Assembly: GCA_902489275.1 (NCBI GenBank)
Contig: CABTZK010000003.1
Coordinates: forward strand, 52,283-116,282
DNA length: 64,000 nucleotides
Direction: 5' to 3'
From: an uncultured Porphyromonadaceae bacterium
GTDB lineage: Bacteria; Bacteroidota; Bacteroidia; Bacteroidales; Muribaculaceae
The notes under the pieces are model-generated. The model had not been told where the DNA came from, did not search any database, and saw only the letters and a program-made list of their open reading frames with translations. Positions 1 through 8,913 of this stretch are shown here, one piece after another (the first letter of the stretch is position 1; every line of letters starts with the position of its first letter). The position numbers and the translations under genes were made by a program.

Positions 1-324
1 TGCGTAGTCGGTGATGTCGGCCTCGTTGAAGCCGCTGGCATACTCGCTGGCCACCAGTTGCGAGGATTCCCAGTTGGCGTTGCAGTGGGTCACGCTGTAG
101 CGCAGGTAGTGCACGTCGTAGTCGAGGTAGTCAAAGTTCACTTGAAGAGCCTTGTCGCTGCCCAGCGTGTAGATGGCTGGGGTATAGGGGTTGTTGGCCA
201 AAGCCACCTTGAGCGATTTCACATGGGGGTCAAAGATGCGCGTTTGCTTGTTGACCGGCTGCCCGGCCATTGCGGTTACTGCCGTGGCAAGGCACCACGC
301 GATGATAGTCACTGGTTGGTTCAT
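1..324 (-). CDS. Type IX secretion plug / DUF5103-like protein, N-terminal part (gene runs off left edge)
   Basis: Absent from the ORF track because there is no stop in the window. Manual minus-strand translation from ATG 324-322 stays open to position 1: MNQPVTIIAWCLATAVTAMAGQPVNKQTRIFDPHVKSLKVALANNPYTPAIYTLGSDKALQVNFDYLDYDVHYLRYSVTHCNANWESSQLVASEYASGFNEADITDYA. It has a signal peptide plus the HCNANW..S.L...EY..GF pattern I associate with DUF5103/T9SS plug proteins. Confidence 0.5.
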   Translation of the reverse strand, partial: MNQPVTIIAWCLATAVTAMAGQPVNKQTRIFDPHVKSLKVALANNPYTPAIYTLGSDKALQVNFDYLDYDVHYLRYSVTHCNANWESSQLVASEYASGFNEADITDYA

Positions 325-353
325 GCCGCAAATATAGTGATAAGTTTCTAAAT

Positions 354-1331
354 CTACCGCATGAGCAGGTAAATTGTGTAGCAGGCGTAGGCCGTGAGGA
401 ATAGAAATCCCTCGATGCGGTCAAATCTCTTTTTCCCAAAACTGTAGGTCACCAGGAAAGTCATCACCGCAGCGCCAATCATGACCATGAAATCAACAAG
501 ATGAATCTCCTTTGTTTCTATGGGTGCGATAATAGCCGAGAGCCCGACAATCATGAAAATGTTGAACACATTACTGCCCAGCACGTTGCCTAAGGCAAGT
601 TGGGGGTTGCGCTTGATGGCCGCCACGATCGAGGTGACGAGCTCGGGCAGCGAGGTGCCAATAGCCACAATCGTGATGGAGATCACGGCCTCGCTCATGC
701 CCCAGCGGCTGGCTAAGTTTTTGGCGGCATCGAGAAATAGGTTGCCGCCACCAACCAGCGCCGCCAGCGAGACGGCCGCGATGCCAATGCTCAGCAAGGG
801 GCTTTTGCCGTTGAGCCAGGAGACGCTTCCCGTTGCCGCTTCACTGCTGGCCTGTTCTTGTGACTGGTTTTTCCTCGACATGACAATCGTCAGGGTCAGG
901 TAGCCCGCCAACAGCACAATCAGTGTGAACCCGTCGAGCCGCGAGATCATGTTCTTCTCTTGGCCAGCCCAGGTGTCATACACGAGCAGCACCAGTAGCA
1001 CAGAGGCAAAAATGGAAAAGGGAATGTCGCGGCGCTGGTTTTGGCGCTCAATGATAAACGGGCAGATGGCGGCTGTGGTGCCAAGAATGAGCAAGAGGTT
1101 TGCGATGTTGCTGCCAATCACGTTGCCCACCGCCAAGTCGCCATGGCCTGAGAGGGCCGCGGTGACCGAAATGAACAGTTCGGGGGCACTTGTGCCCATG
1201 CCCACAACGGTGAGCCCAATGATAAAGCTGGAAATCTTGGCGCGCTGAGCCAGGGCTACGCTTGAGTCTACGAGGTAGTTTGAGCCTGTCAGCAACAGGG
1301 CCAGCCCAACGATGAGAAGCAAGTAATCCAT
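354..1331 (-). CDS. CaCA-family Na+/Ca2+ antiporter (YrbG-like)
   Basis: 325-aa polytopic ORF with the two alpha-repeat motifs GTSAPELFISV and GTSLPELVTSI. Confidence 0.85.
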   Translation of the reverse strand: MDYLLLIVGLALLLTGSNYLVDSSVALAQRAKISSFIIGLTVVGMGTSAPELFISVTAALSGHGDLAVGNVIGSNIANLLLILGTTAAICPFIIERQNQRRDIPFSIFASVLLVLLVYDTWAGQEKNMISRLDGFTLIVLLAGYLTLTIVMSRKNQSQEQASSEAATGSVSWLNGKSPLLSIGIAAVSLAALVGGGNLFLDAAKNLASRWGMSEAVISITIVAIGTSLPELVTSIVAAIKRNPQLALGNVLGSNVFNIFMIVGLSAIIAPIETKEIHLVDFMVMIGAAVMTFLVTYSFGKKRFDRIEGFLFLTAYACYTIYLLMR

Positions 1332-1443
1332 TGGTTAGAAATGGTGTGAGTGCTAAATGGAAAACAAGGACACAAGAATGTTTTTTTATGTTGCCGATAA
1401 AAAGTTTTGTGTCCTTGTGTGTCTTGTCAAACGAGTAGCGGCG

Positions 1444-2322
1444 CTACTGGCGACCGCTCACGCTGATGTCGCGGTAGGTGCGTCCAATGAGGCCTTGCAG
1501 CACCTTTCCAGGGCCGAGCTCCACGGCCTCGGTCATGCCGTCCTTGACCATGTTGGCCATAATGTGGCTCCAGCGAACGGGCGAGGTGAGCTGCTTGAGC
1601 AGGTTGCCCTTGATTTCCTGGGGGGCGGTGTGTGGCAAGGCGTCGACGTCCTGGTAAACCGGGCACACGGGCGTGGAGAATTGGGCGCGATCAATCGCCA
1701 CGGCGAGGTCGGCGCGGGCAGGCTCCATGAGCGGAGAGTGGAATGCGCCGCCCACTTTCAAGGGAAGTGCGCGTTTGGCTCCTGCCTCCTTGAATTTCTT
1801 GCAGGCTTCCTCAATGGCCTCAAAGGTGCCCGAAATCACCACTTGGCCTGGGCTGTTGTAGTTGGCTGGAACGCAGACACCATCGATTGTGGCGCAAATT
1901 TCCTCGACCCGCTCGTCGCTCATCCCAATGATGGCGGCCATGGTCGACGGCTGCAGCTCGCAAGCCTTCTGCATGGCCAAGGCGCGGGCTTCCACAAGTT
2001 GAAGACCCTCTTCAAAGGAGAGCGCGCCAGCGGCTACTAAGGCCGAGAACTCGCCCAGCGAGTGTCCGGCTACCATGTCGGGCTGGAAGTCGTTGCCAAG
2101 GGTCTTGGCCAGGACAACCGAGTGCAGAAACACGGCGGGTTGGGTCACTTTGGTCTGTTTCAGATCGTCCTCTGTGCCCTCAAACATGAGGTCGGTGATG
2201 CGGAAACCAAGTACCTCATTGGCTTTTTCAAACATTTCTTTGGCTTGCGCGTCGCTATCGTAGAGGGCTTTGCCCATCCCCACGAATTGTGCGCCTTGGC
2301 CTGGAAAAACAAATGCTTTCAT
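1444..2322 (-). CDS. fabD: Malonyl-CoA:ACP transacylase
   Basis: FPGQGAQ N-terminus and GHSLGEFSAL active-site serine motif; 292 aa. Confidence 0.9.
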   Translation of the reverse strand: MKAFVFPGQGAQFVGMGKALYDSDAQAKEMFEKANEVLGFRITDLMFEGTEDDLKQTKVTQPAVFLHSVVLAKTLGNDFQPDMVAGHSLGEFSALVAAGALSFEEGLQLVEARALAMQKACELQPSTMAAIIGMSDERVEEICATIDGVCVPANYNSPGQVVISGTFEAIEEACKKFKEAGAKRALPLKVGGAFHSPLMEPARADLAVAIDRAQFSTPVCPVYQDVDALPHTAPQEIKGNLLKQLTSPVRWSHIMANMVKDGMTEAVELGPGKVLQGLIGRTYRDISVSGRQ

Positions 2323-2381
2323 CTTCTTGAATATATATGTATTAATGCGTTAATTAAAGAAAAAATTCAGCAATACGGAGA

Positions 2382-2389
2382 CAAAGGTA
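2382..2389 (-). promoter_or_regulatory. Bacteroidetes -7 promoter box (TACCTTTG)
   Basis: Exact TAnnTTTG on the minus strand, about 60 nt upstream of the fabD ATG. Confidence 0.5.
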
Positions 2390-2525
2390 CTAAAAACTTT
2401 TCATCTGCAAGCACGGGTTTGACATTATTTAGCAGGAATACTGCCACAGATTGCTTTTATCAACCAATCGGGTCAATTTTGCGCGGCTTGTGGGCTCGTC
2501 TCATGCTGAAGGCTCGCGCGACGGG

Positions 2526-2855
2526 TTAAAAGCTCGGCATTTCGTCAATACTCCGTTCTTTGGATTCCTGGTGGGCAGGTCTCGCTTTCTTCTCTTTTTT
2601 ATCTTTCTTCTTTGTGCCTCGGTGACTGCTCTTTTTCCTCGGTTTTCTCTTTTTTATTTCTGTTGGCGCGTTGGTATCGGTTGCGGCATTAAACGCTTCC
2701 ATGGCGGCTGGGGCAGGGCAGTCGCGCGGCTCGCTTGGTGTGCGGCGATGAACTGCCCACGAGAGGACGATGGCGATGGCGATGAGTGCCAGGACGGCCA
2801 TAGCGCCCATGCGCTCGCGGCGAGTCATCGTGAAAAAATCAGAGAGTTTTCCCAT
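2526..2855 (-). CDS. Hypothetical single-pass membrane protein with Lys-rich C-terminal tail
   Basis: Start moved to MGKLSDFF (ATG 2855) because a TACATTTG box at 2887-2894 lies inside the longer track ORF. One TM (AMAVLALIAIAIVLSWAV), then a KKRKPRKKSSHRGTKKKDKKEKK tail. Confidence 0.4.
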   Translation of the reverse strand: MGKLSDFFTMTRRERMGAMAVLALIAIAIVLSWAVHRRTPSEPRDCPAPAAMEAFNAATDTNAPTEIKKRKPRKKSSHRGTKKKDKKEKKARPAHQESKERSIDEMPSF

Positions 2856-2886
2856 GCTTGGCAACCGAATTTTCAATATTTTTCTG

Positions 2887-2894
2887 CAAATGTA
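2887..2894 (-). promoter_or_regulatory. -7 promoter box (TACATTTG)
   Basis: Exact TAnnTTTG on the minus strand, 32 nt upstream of ATG 2855. It is divergent from the box at 2938-2945. Confidence 0.5.
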
Positions 2895-2937
2895 GCGCTT
2901 TTGAGCCAATAACCTTGCCACTGATGATAAAAATAAC

Positions 2938-2945
2938 TAATTTTG
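2938..2945 (+). promoter_or_regulatory. -7 promoter box (TAATTTTG)
   Basis: Exact TAnnTTTG, 74 nt upstream of the VanZ-like ORF. Confidence 0.45.
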
Positions 2946-3018
2946 CGCACCTCACCACTCAATAGTTAAGGATAGCCTGCATCGGCTCCATGAGTCTATT
3001 GAGGATTAAGACGATTGT

Positions 3019-3537
3019 TTGATGGCAAAGTTTCTTCTCAAGATACCGACAGGAGTGCTTTCATGCTTTGTGATTTTGGCGCTTATTTATCTCTCGCTTT
3101 CGCCCAATCCCTTGGGCAGCCGCGGCATTTTGCTGTTCCCTTATGCCGATAAGGTTGCGCATTTCTTGATGTATCTCGGTCTTGCAGCCGTATTCCTGCT
3201 GGACTATGCCAAGTTGAAGATGCCTCATCATTCTGGCGTCAACATCAATTTGGCGCTCACAAGCGTGGCCGTCATGTTCGGTCTTGTCATGGAAATTTGC
3301 CAGCTTGTTTGGCCCGAGTTGGGGCGCACGTTCGACTGGATTGATTGGTGTGCCGATGCGGCAGGTGCCGTTGTGGCTTTTTTCCTGATGCACTTCATGC
3401 TTCTGCATCGGTTGCGCAAGACCTATCATCGCGAGCGTTACCACCACCACCGTCACCACCACCGTCACCACAGGAGCAACTCAAGCTCCGGCGGCGCTCA
3501 TGGGCGCTGCGGCACCGAATCCGATGCTCGTGAATAG
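3019..3537 (+). CDS. VanZ-like family membrane protein with His-rich tail
   Basis: Four predicted TMs and the ADKVAHFLMYLGLA motif typical of VanZ-like proteins. C-terminus is YHHHRHHHRHHR. Confidence 0.6.
   Translation: MMAKFLLKIPTGVLSCFVILALIYLSLSPNPLGSRGILLFPYADKVAHFLMYLGLAAVFLLDYAKLKMPHHSGVNINLALTSVAVMFGLVMEICQLVWPELGRTFDWIDWCADAAGAVVAFFLMHFMLLHRLRKTYHRERYHHHRHHHRHHRSNSSSGGAHGRCGTESDARE
3439..3474 (+). repeat. In-frame His/Arg microrepeat (CACCACCACCGT x2 plus partial unit)
   Basis: TAC CAC CAC CAC CGT CAC CAC CAC CGT CAC CAC AGG encodes YHHHRHHHRHHR. Confidence 0.8.
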
Positions 3538-3566
3538 CGCTTGCTCTGGTGCGGGTGCGCTTTTCC

Positions 3567-4076
3567 TCATGGAGTGACGGTAATGGTCGAGGTGAACTTG
3601 TCGCTTTTTAAGGTCGCCGCCTCGCGATTGGTCGCGGTAATGCGGTCGTAGGTAATCGGGTAGACACCTGGTGCCACATCCTTGTCAGCAACGATTTTGT
3701 AGTGAATCACGGGACCCGAGGATCCCGTTAGCTCCAGGTCGGCCGACATGACGATAAGGCGTGTCGTCGTGTCGTTGAGTTGGCGGTGGCAAAGGTTGTG
3801 GCTTCTGTTTCGCTTTCCGAGCCTTAGTCCCTTTACCTTCAGATAGGAGAAACCCTTGGGAATGATGATGTCGAGTTGGTATCCCGAGACCGTCTCCTTA
3901 TTGTCAAGATTGATGTCGATTGTTGCCGTGTCGCCTGGATGGCAGGTTGCGTCCGATGCCGTGAAAAAGGCATCGTGTGCATAGCGGGGGCGATTTTTGC
4001 TCTCGGCATGCGAGGCGAGGCTCAAGCACGCCATGAGCAGCAGTATTGCAGTTGTTTGTCGTTTTTTCGTTGCCAT
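3567..4076 (-). CDS. Secreted protein with cohesin-like beta-sandwich domain
   Basis: Signal peptide MATKKRQTTAILLLMACLSLASHA. Cohesin-like pattern: PGDTATIDINLDN..VSGYQLDIIIP.GF ... GPVIHYKIVADKDVAPGVYPITYD. Confidence 0.45.
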   Translation of the reverse strand: MATKKRQTTAILLLMACLSLASHAESKNRPRYAHDAFFTASDATCHPGDTATIDINLDNKETVSGYQLDIIIPKGFSYLKVKGLRLGKRNRSHNLCHRQLNDTTTRLIVMSADLELTGSSGPVIHYKIVADKDVAPGVYPITYDRITATNREAATLKSDKFTSTITVTP

Positions 4077-4153
4077 AAATTTAGATGCTGTGTGGAGGGG
4101 TATTCAGGAATGGCTTTTTGGAGAGAGTTAGCCGTTTTTTTGTTGTCGTAGCG

Positions 4154-5269
4154 TCACCACATCAAGTTGCGGGTAATCGCATCGGTGAGCATCACGTGCT
4201 GCTCGGGAATAAAGAAGCGCGTGCCGTCGTTTTGCAGCAGCTGCTCTTGCTCGGCGTTCTTGAGGAAGTGATGCACAAATTTCTCTTCAAACCGCTCTGT
4301 GAGTTCGTGAATGCTGAGCCCTTGCGCCGTGCGCATCCGCAGCATCACGTACTCGTCGTAGCGTTCCCAGTTGGCCACGCGCTCTTCCTCAAAGGCGCAT
4401 GGGCCTGCCGCGATTTGCTTGAGGTATTTTTTCAAGTTGGCCGGGTTGCTTCGGCGCGTTAGCCCGTTGTAGCTGTGAGCCCCCGCGCCAAGCCCAAGAT
4501 AGGGGACCAAATTCCAGTAACTGGAATTGTGCCGGGAAAAATAGCCCTCTTGCGCAAAGTTTGACACCTCGTAGTGTTCGAAATGAGCCGCCTTGAGCTG
4601 CTGCGCCAGGGCTTGGTACATGGCCACGCTGGTCTCCTCGTCAACCTCCTTGATTTTCGCTTGCTCAAGCATGAACCACAGGCGAGTCCCGTGCTCATAC
4701 ATCAAGCTGTAGGCCGAGATGTGCTGCACGTCCAGCCCGATGGCTTGCTCCACGTTTTGCAGCCATGTCGCGAGCGTTTGCCCCGGAATGCCATAGATGA
4801 GGTCGATGCTGATGTTGCCAATGCCGGCTGCGCGAATGGCTGCCAGCGCGTCAATGGCCTGCCGCGCGGTGTGCCTTCGGTTGAGCATCCGCAATTCGCC
4901 ATCGTCGAAACTCTGGATGCCCATGCTGATGCGGTTCACCCCCCAGCGCCTCATCAAGGCGATTTTTTCGGGGGTCACGTCGTCAGGATTAACCTCAACG
5001 GTGAACTCCTCAACTTGCGAGAAGTCAAACGTTTGCTGCAAGCCAGCGACCAAATTGGAGAGTTGTGCGCTTGAAAGAATCGATGGTGTTCCTCCGCCAA
5101 AATAGATGGTGCTCACGGGGCTGCATAGCTCATGGCAGCGCAAGCGAGCCTCGGCGAGCACAGCTTCCACATACTGCCCCATCTTCTCGTCACGCCCCAC
5201 GGTGGAGTAAAAATCGCAATAGATGCAGCGTGACTTGCAAAATGGGATGTGAACATATAGTCCTGCCAT
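4154..5269 (-). CDS. hemW: Radical SAM heme chaperone HemW (HemN-like)
   Basis: HIPFCKSRCIYCDF CxxxCxxC motif at the N-terminus; 371 aa HemN-like architecture. Confidence 0.85.
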   Translation of the reverse strand: MAGLYVHIPFCKSRCIYCDFYSTVGRDEKMGQYVEAVLAEARLRCHELCSPVSTIYFGGGTPSILSSAQLSNLVAGLQQTFDFSQVEEFTVEVNPDDVTPEKIALMRRWGVNRISMGIQSFDDGELRMLNRRHTARQAIDALAAIRAAGIGNISIDLIYGIPGQTLATWLQNVEQAIGLDVQHISAYSLMYEHGTRLWFMLEQAKIKEVDEETSVAMYQALAQQLKAAHFEHYEVSNFAQEGYFSRHNSSYWNLVPYLGLGAGAHSYNGLTRRSNPANLKKYLKQIAAGPCAFEEERVANWERYDEYVMLRMRTAQGLSIHELTERFEEKFVHHFLKNAEQEQLLQNDGTRFFIPEQHVMLTDAITRNLMW

Positions 5270-5291
5270 TGGTGAATTGCTTTTGGTGATA

Positions 5292-5299
5292 CAAATATA
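5292..5299 (-). promoter_or_regulatory. -7 promoter box (TATATTTG)
   Basis: Exact TAnnTTTG on the minus strand, 23 nt upstream of the hemW ATG. Confidence 0.5.
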
Positions 5300-5394
5300 A
5301 TGATTTGCCTCAAATACTCATGCTTTCTTCTGGTCAAAATTTTATAAAGACGCGTTTTTTTTGCTAAAAAGCCGATTTATTTCAAGATTATCAC

Positions 5395-5402
5395 TAAATT
5401 TG
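5395..5402 (+). promoter_or_regulatory. -7 promoter box (TAAATTTG)
   Basis: Exact TAnnTTTG, 97 nt upstream of the EF-G paralogue ATG. Confidence 0.45.
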
Positions 5403-5498
5403 TGGTCGTTTTGGTGGTAAAAGCCACCAATGCGATAACTGATACCGATATTCATTCGTTAAAATGCTCATTAATAATTCATAAAATATACTCATAAG

Positions 5499-7658
5499 AT
5501 GAAAGTTTATAAAACTAATGAGATTCGCAATATCTCGCTTGTAGGCAGTAAAGGCTCGGGTAAAACCACACTAGCCGAGTCTATTCTTTTCGACTGTGGG
5601 GTGATCAACCGCCGGGGAACGATCGGAAACGGCAACACCGTGTGTGATTATTTCCCTGTAGAGAAGGAATATGGCTACTCTGTGTTCTCGACGTTGTTCT
5701 ATGCCGAGAAAAACGGGAAAAAACTCAACTTTATCGACTGCCCGGGCGGTGATGACTTTGTGGGCAATGTGGTGACCGCGCTCAACGTGACCGACACGGC
5801 ACTCATGCTCATCGATGGCCAGTATGGTGTCGAGGTGGGGACACAAAACCAGTTCCGCACCGTGGGCAACGTCAAGAAACCGCTTGTCATGGCCATCAAT
5901 AAACTGGAAGCCGAGAAAACCGATTTCGACAATGTGGTCAACAGCTTGAAAGAAGCGTTTGGCAACAAAGTCGTTCCCATGCAGTTCCCCGTGGAATGCG
6001 GCCCCAACTTCAAGTCAATCGTCGACTTGCTCACCATGAAACTGTACACCTATCCCGCCGATGGCGGAAAGGCTACCGTTTCCGACATCCCAGCCGAGCT
6101 CGCCGGCAAAGCCGATGACATGAAATCGGCACTGCTTGAAATGGCTGCCGAGGGCGATGAGGAACTCATGATGAAGTTCCTTGACGAGATGACGTTGAGC
6201 GACGAGGAAACCATCACCGGCATCAAGAAAGGGCTCGTCGACATGAGCATCATTCCTGTGCTGTGTGTCTCGGGCGAGAGAAACATGGGGGTTGACCGCA
6301 TGCTTGAGGTGCTTGAGCAAATCGTTCCAGCGCCAACCGATATGCCCGCCAGCAAGGATGTTGAAGGTAACGAGGTGAAACTCGATGAGAATGGAAAAGT
6401 GAGCCTGTTCTTCTTCAAAACCACCGTTGAGCCTCACATTGGCGAGGTTTCTTATTTCAAGGTCATGTCAGGCACCATCAAGGCTGGCGCCGACCTGGAA
6501 AATGTGAGCCGGGGCAGCAAAGAGCGCCTCGCGCAGCTGAATTGCGTTTACGGCTTGGGCAAAACGCCTGTCGAGATGATGGCAGCGGGCGACTTGGGCG
6601 CAACCGTGAAATTGAAAGACGTGCGCCGCGGCAACACTTTGAACGAGAAGGGCATGGAAAACCCCTATGACTTTATCCACTATCCCTCACCCAAGTACCA
6701 GCGTGCCATCAAGCCACAAAACGAGAGCGAAATTGAAAAGCTCGGCGCGATCTTGAACCGCATGCACGAGGAAGACCCAACATGGCTGATTGAGCAGTCA
6801 AAGGAACTGAAGCAAACCATCGTGTCGGGGCAAGGAGAGTTTCATCTGCGCACGCTCAAGTGGCGCATCGAGAACAACGACAAGGTGATGATCGACTATC
6901 TTGAGCCCAGAATCCCTTATCGCGAGACCATTACCAAGGCTGCCCGTGCCGACTACCGCCACAAGAAGCAGTCTGGCGGCTCTGGCCAGTTTGGCGAGGT
7001 GCACCTGATCATTGAGCCCTACAAGGAAGGAATGCCCGACCCCGTGCTCTACAAGTTCGGCAACCAGGAGTTTAAGATGAGCGTCAAGGACAAGCAGGAA
7101 ATGCAACTCGACTGGGGCGGAAAGATTGTGATTTACAACTGTATTGTGGGTGGTGCGATCGATGCACGCTTTATCCCGGCGATTGTGAAAGGCATCATGG
7201 ACCGCATGGAGCAAGGCCCGTTGACGGGATCCTATGCCCGCGACGTGCGCGTCTGCATCTACGACGGAAAAATGCACCCGGTCGACAGCAATGAGATTTC
7301 TTTCCGCTTGGCCGCGCGCCACGCGTTCAGCGACGCTTTCAAGAACGCCAACCCCAAGGTGCTTGAGCCTATCTACGATGTCGAGGTCTTGATGCCTGCC
7401 GAGTGCATGGGCGATGTGATGAGCGACTTGCAAGGGCGCCGTTCCATCATCATGGGCATGGAAGAGGCCAGCGGTCTCCAGAAAATCAATGCCAAAGTGC
7501 CTTTGAAGGAAATGTCGAGTTATTCAACGGCATTGAGCTCAGTCACCGGCGGCCGCGCATCGTTCACCATGAAGTTTGCCAGCTATGAGCTCGTCCCCAG
7601 CGATGTTCAAGACAAGCTGCTCAAGGAATACGAAGAAGCGCAAAAGGAGGAAGAGTAA
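5499..7658 (+). CDS. Elongation factor G paralogue (EF-G2 type, degenerate GTPase motifs)
   Basis: 719 aa with five-domain EF-G architecture. P-loop is GSKGSGKT, switch II is DCPGGDDF instead of DTPGHVDF, and NKLE replaces NKxD. Confidence 0.85.
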   Translation: MKVYKTNEIRNISLVGSKGSGKTTLAESILFDCGVINRRGTIGNGNTVCDYFPVEKEYGYSVFSTLFYAEKNGKKLNFIDCPGGDDFVGNVVTALNVTDTALMLIDGQYGVEVGTQNQFRTVGNVKKPLVMAINKLEAEKTDFDNVVNSLKEAFGNKVVPMQFPVECGPNFKSIVDLLTMKLYTYPADGGKATVSDIPAELAGKADDMKSALLEMAAEGDEELMMKFLDEMTLSDEETITGIKKGLVDMSIIPVLCVSGERNMGVDRMLEVLEQIVPAPTDMPASKDVEGNEVKLDENGKVSLFFFKTTVEPHIGEVSYFKVMSGTIKAGADLENVSRGSKERLAQLNCVYGLGKTPVEMMAAGDLGATVKLKDVRRGNTLNEKGMENPYDFIHYPSPKYQRAIKPQNESEIEKLGAILNRMHEEDPTWLIEQSKELKQTIVSGQGEFHLRTLKWRIENNDKVMIDYLEPRIPYRETITKAARADYRHKKQSGGSGQFGEVHLIIEPYKEGMPDPVLYKFGNQEFKMSVKDKQEMQLDWGGKIVIYNCIVGGAIDARFIPAIVKGIMDRMEQGPLTGSYARDVRVCIYDGKMHPVDSNEISFRLAARHAFSDAFKNANPKVLEPIYDVEVLMPAECMGDVMSDLQGRRSIIMGMEEASGLQKINAKVPLKEMSSYSTALSSVTGGRASFTMKFASYELVPSDVQDKLLKEYEEAQKEEE

Positions 7659-7685
7659 TCCACTCGCAACCTTTGCCACACCACA

Positions 7686-7722
7686 ACAGCCATCGCCCCT
7701 CGCGCAGGGACGATGGCTGTTT
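7686..7722 (+). terminator. Terminator-like hairpin after the EF-G paralogue
   Basis: ACAGCCATCG (7686-7695) pairs perfectly with CGATGGCTGT (7711-7720), followed by a short TTT run. Confidence 0.5.
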
Positions 7723-7840
7723 CACGATGCGATGCCAGCCGTGGCTCGTCATGTGGCCAAGCCGCCCATCGTGAGGCGCCGTGCGAGCCAATTGCCGAAA
7801 TTTTCTTCCTCATCATGTGTCCTAATGTCTTAATATTTTG

Positions 7841-7848
7841 TACCTTTG
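7841..7848 (+). promoter_or_regulatory. -7 promoter box (TACCTTTG)
   Basis: Exact TAnnTTTG, 22 nt upstream of ATG 7870. This argues against the track start at 7846. Confidence 0.55.
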
Positions 7849-7869
7849 CAAAAAATAGTTGATAGGAAT

Positions 7870-8826
7870 ATGGGATTTTTTGGAAAGTTCTTCTCTAAAG
7901 AGAAAAAGGAAACCCTCGACAAGGGGCTCAATAAGACACGCGAAGGCATGTTCTCTAAAATCAAGCATGCTATTGCAGGGAAGTCTACCATCGACGACGA
8001 TGTGCTCGACAATCTCGAGGAGGCCTTCATCACCAGCGATGTGGGGGTGGAAACCACACTCAAGATTATCGAGAAGATTCAGGCTCGTGTCGCTAAGGAC
8101 AAATATGTCGGCTCCGATGAGTTGAACAACATGCTGTGCGATGAAATCACCCAATTGCTGGCCGATAATAACAATGCGGAATCGGAGGACTTCACCGTCC
8201 CCGCCGACAAGAAACCCTACGTCATCATGGTCGTGGGGGTGAATGGCGTGGGGAAAACAACCACCATTGGCAAACTTGCTCACCAGTTCAAGAAATCGGG
8301 CAACAAAGTGGTCTTGGGCGCGGCCGATACCTACCGCGCTGCCGCCGATGAGCAACTGGAAATCTGGGGGCAGCGTGTCGGGGTGCAGGTCGTCAAGCAC
8401 AAGATGGGAACCGATCCTGCCAGCGTGGCCTTCGATGCCGTTTCGAGTGCCAAGGCGCAAAATGCCGATGTGGTTATTATCGACACGGCCGGCCGCCTGC
8501 ACAACAACAAGAGCCTCATGAACGAGCTGACGAAAATCAAGAACGTCATGAAGAAAGTGCTTCCCGATGCGCCCAACGAGATCTTGCTCATTATCGACGG
8601 GTCAACGGGTCAAAACGCCTTTGAGCAGGCTAAGCAGTTTGTGGCAGCCACCGAGGTGAACGCCTTGGCCGTGACCAAACTCGACGGCACGGCCAAGGGC
8701 GGTGTCGTGATCGGCATCAGCGACCAGTTCCAAATCCCTGTCAAGTACATTGGCCTGGGCGAGGGCATTGAGGACCTTCAGATATTCCGCAAGAAAGAAT
8801 TTGTCGGCTCCCTGTTTGGCCAGTAG
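7870..8826 (+). CDS. ftsY: Signal recognition particle receptor FtsY
   Basis: GVNGVGKTTTIGKLA P-loop, DTAGRLHN, and TKLDGTAKGG SRP-GTPase motifs. Confidence 0.9.
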   Translation: MGFFGKFFSKEKKETLDKGLNKTREGMFSKIKHAIAGKSTIDDDVLDNLEEAFITSDVGVETTLKIIEKIQARVAKDKYVGSDELNNMLCDEITQLLADNNNAESEDFTVPADKKPYVIMVVGVNGVGKTTTIGKLAHQFKKSGNKVVLGAADTYRAAADEQLEIWGQRVGVQVVKHKMGTDPASVAFDAVSSAKAQNADVVIIDTAGRLHNNKSLMNELTKIKNVMKKVLPDAPNEILLIIDGSTGQNAFEQAKQFVAATEVNALAVTKLDGTAKGGVVIGISDQFQIPVKYIGLGEGIEDLQIFRKKEFVGSLFGQ

Positions 8827-8913
8827 GGAGGGCTGCCGAGGCAGTGACGCAAAATGGTCTCTCTCTCGCGCGCCGCTTGCAAGCTCGCCTCTTGTCGTGA
8901 GTCTTTGAAAGAT

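Noticed and set aside
58-351. 97-aa plus-strand ORF at the left edge
   Set aside because: It lies antisense to a much better minus-strand reading frame (1-324) that has a signal peptide and DUF5103-like motifs. It starts with a non-ATG codon and has no promoter box.
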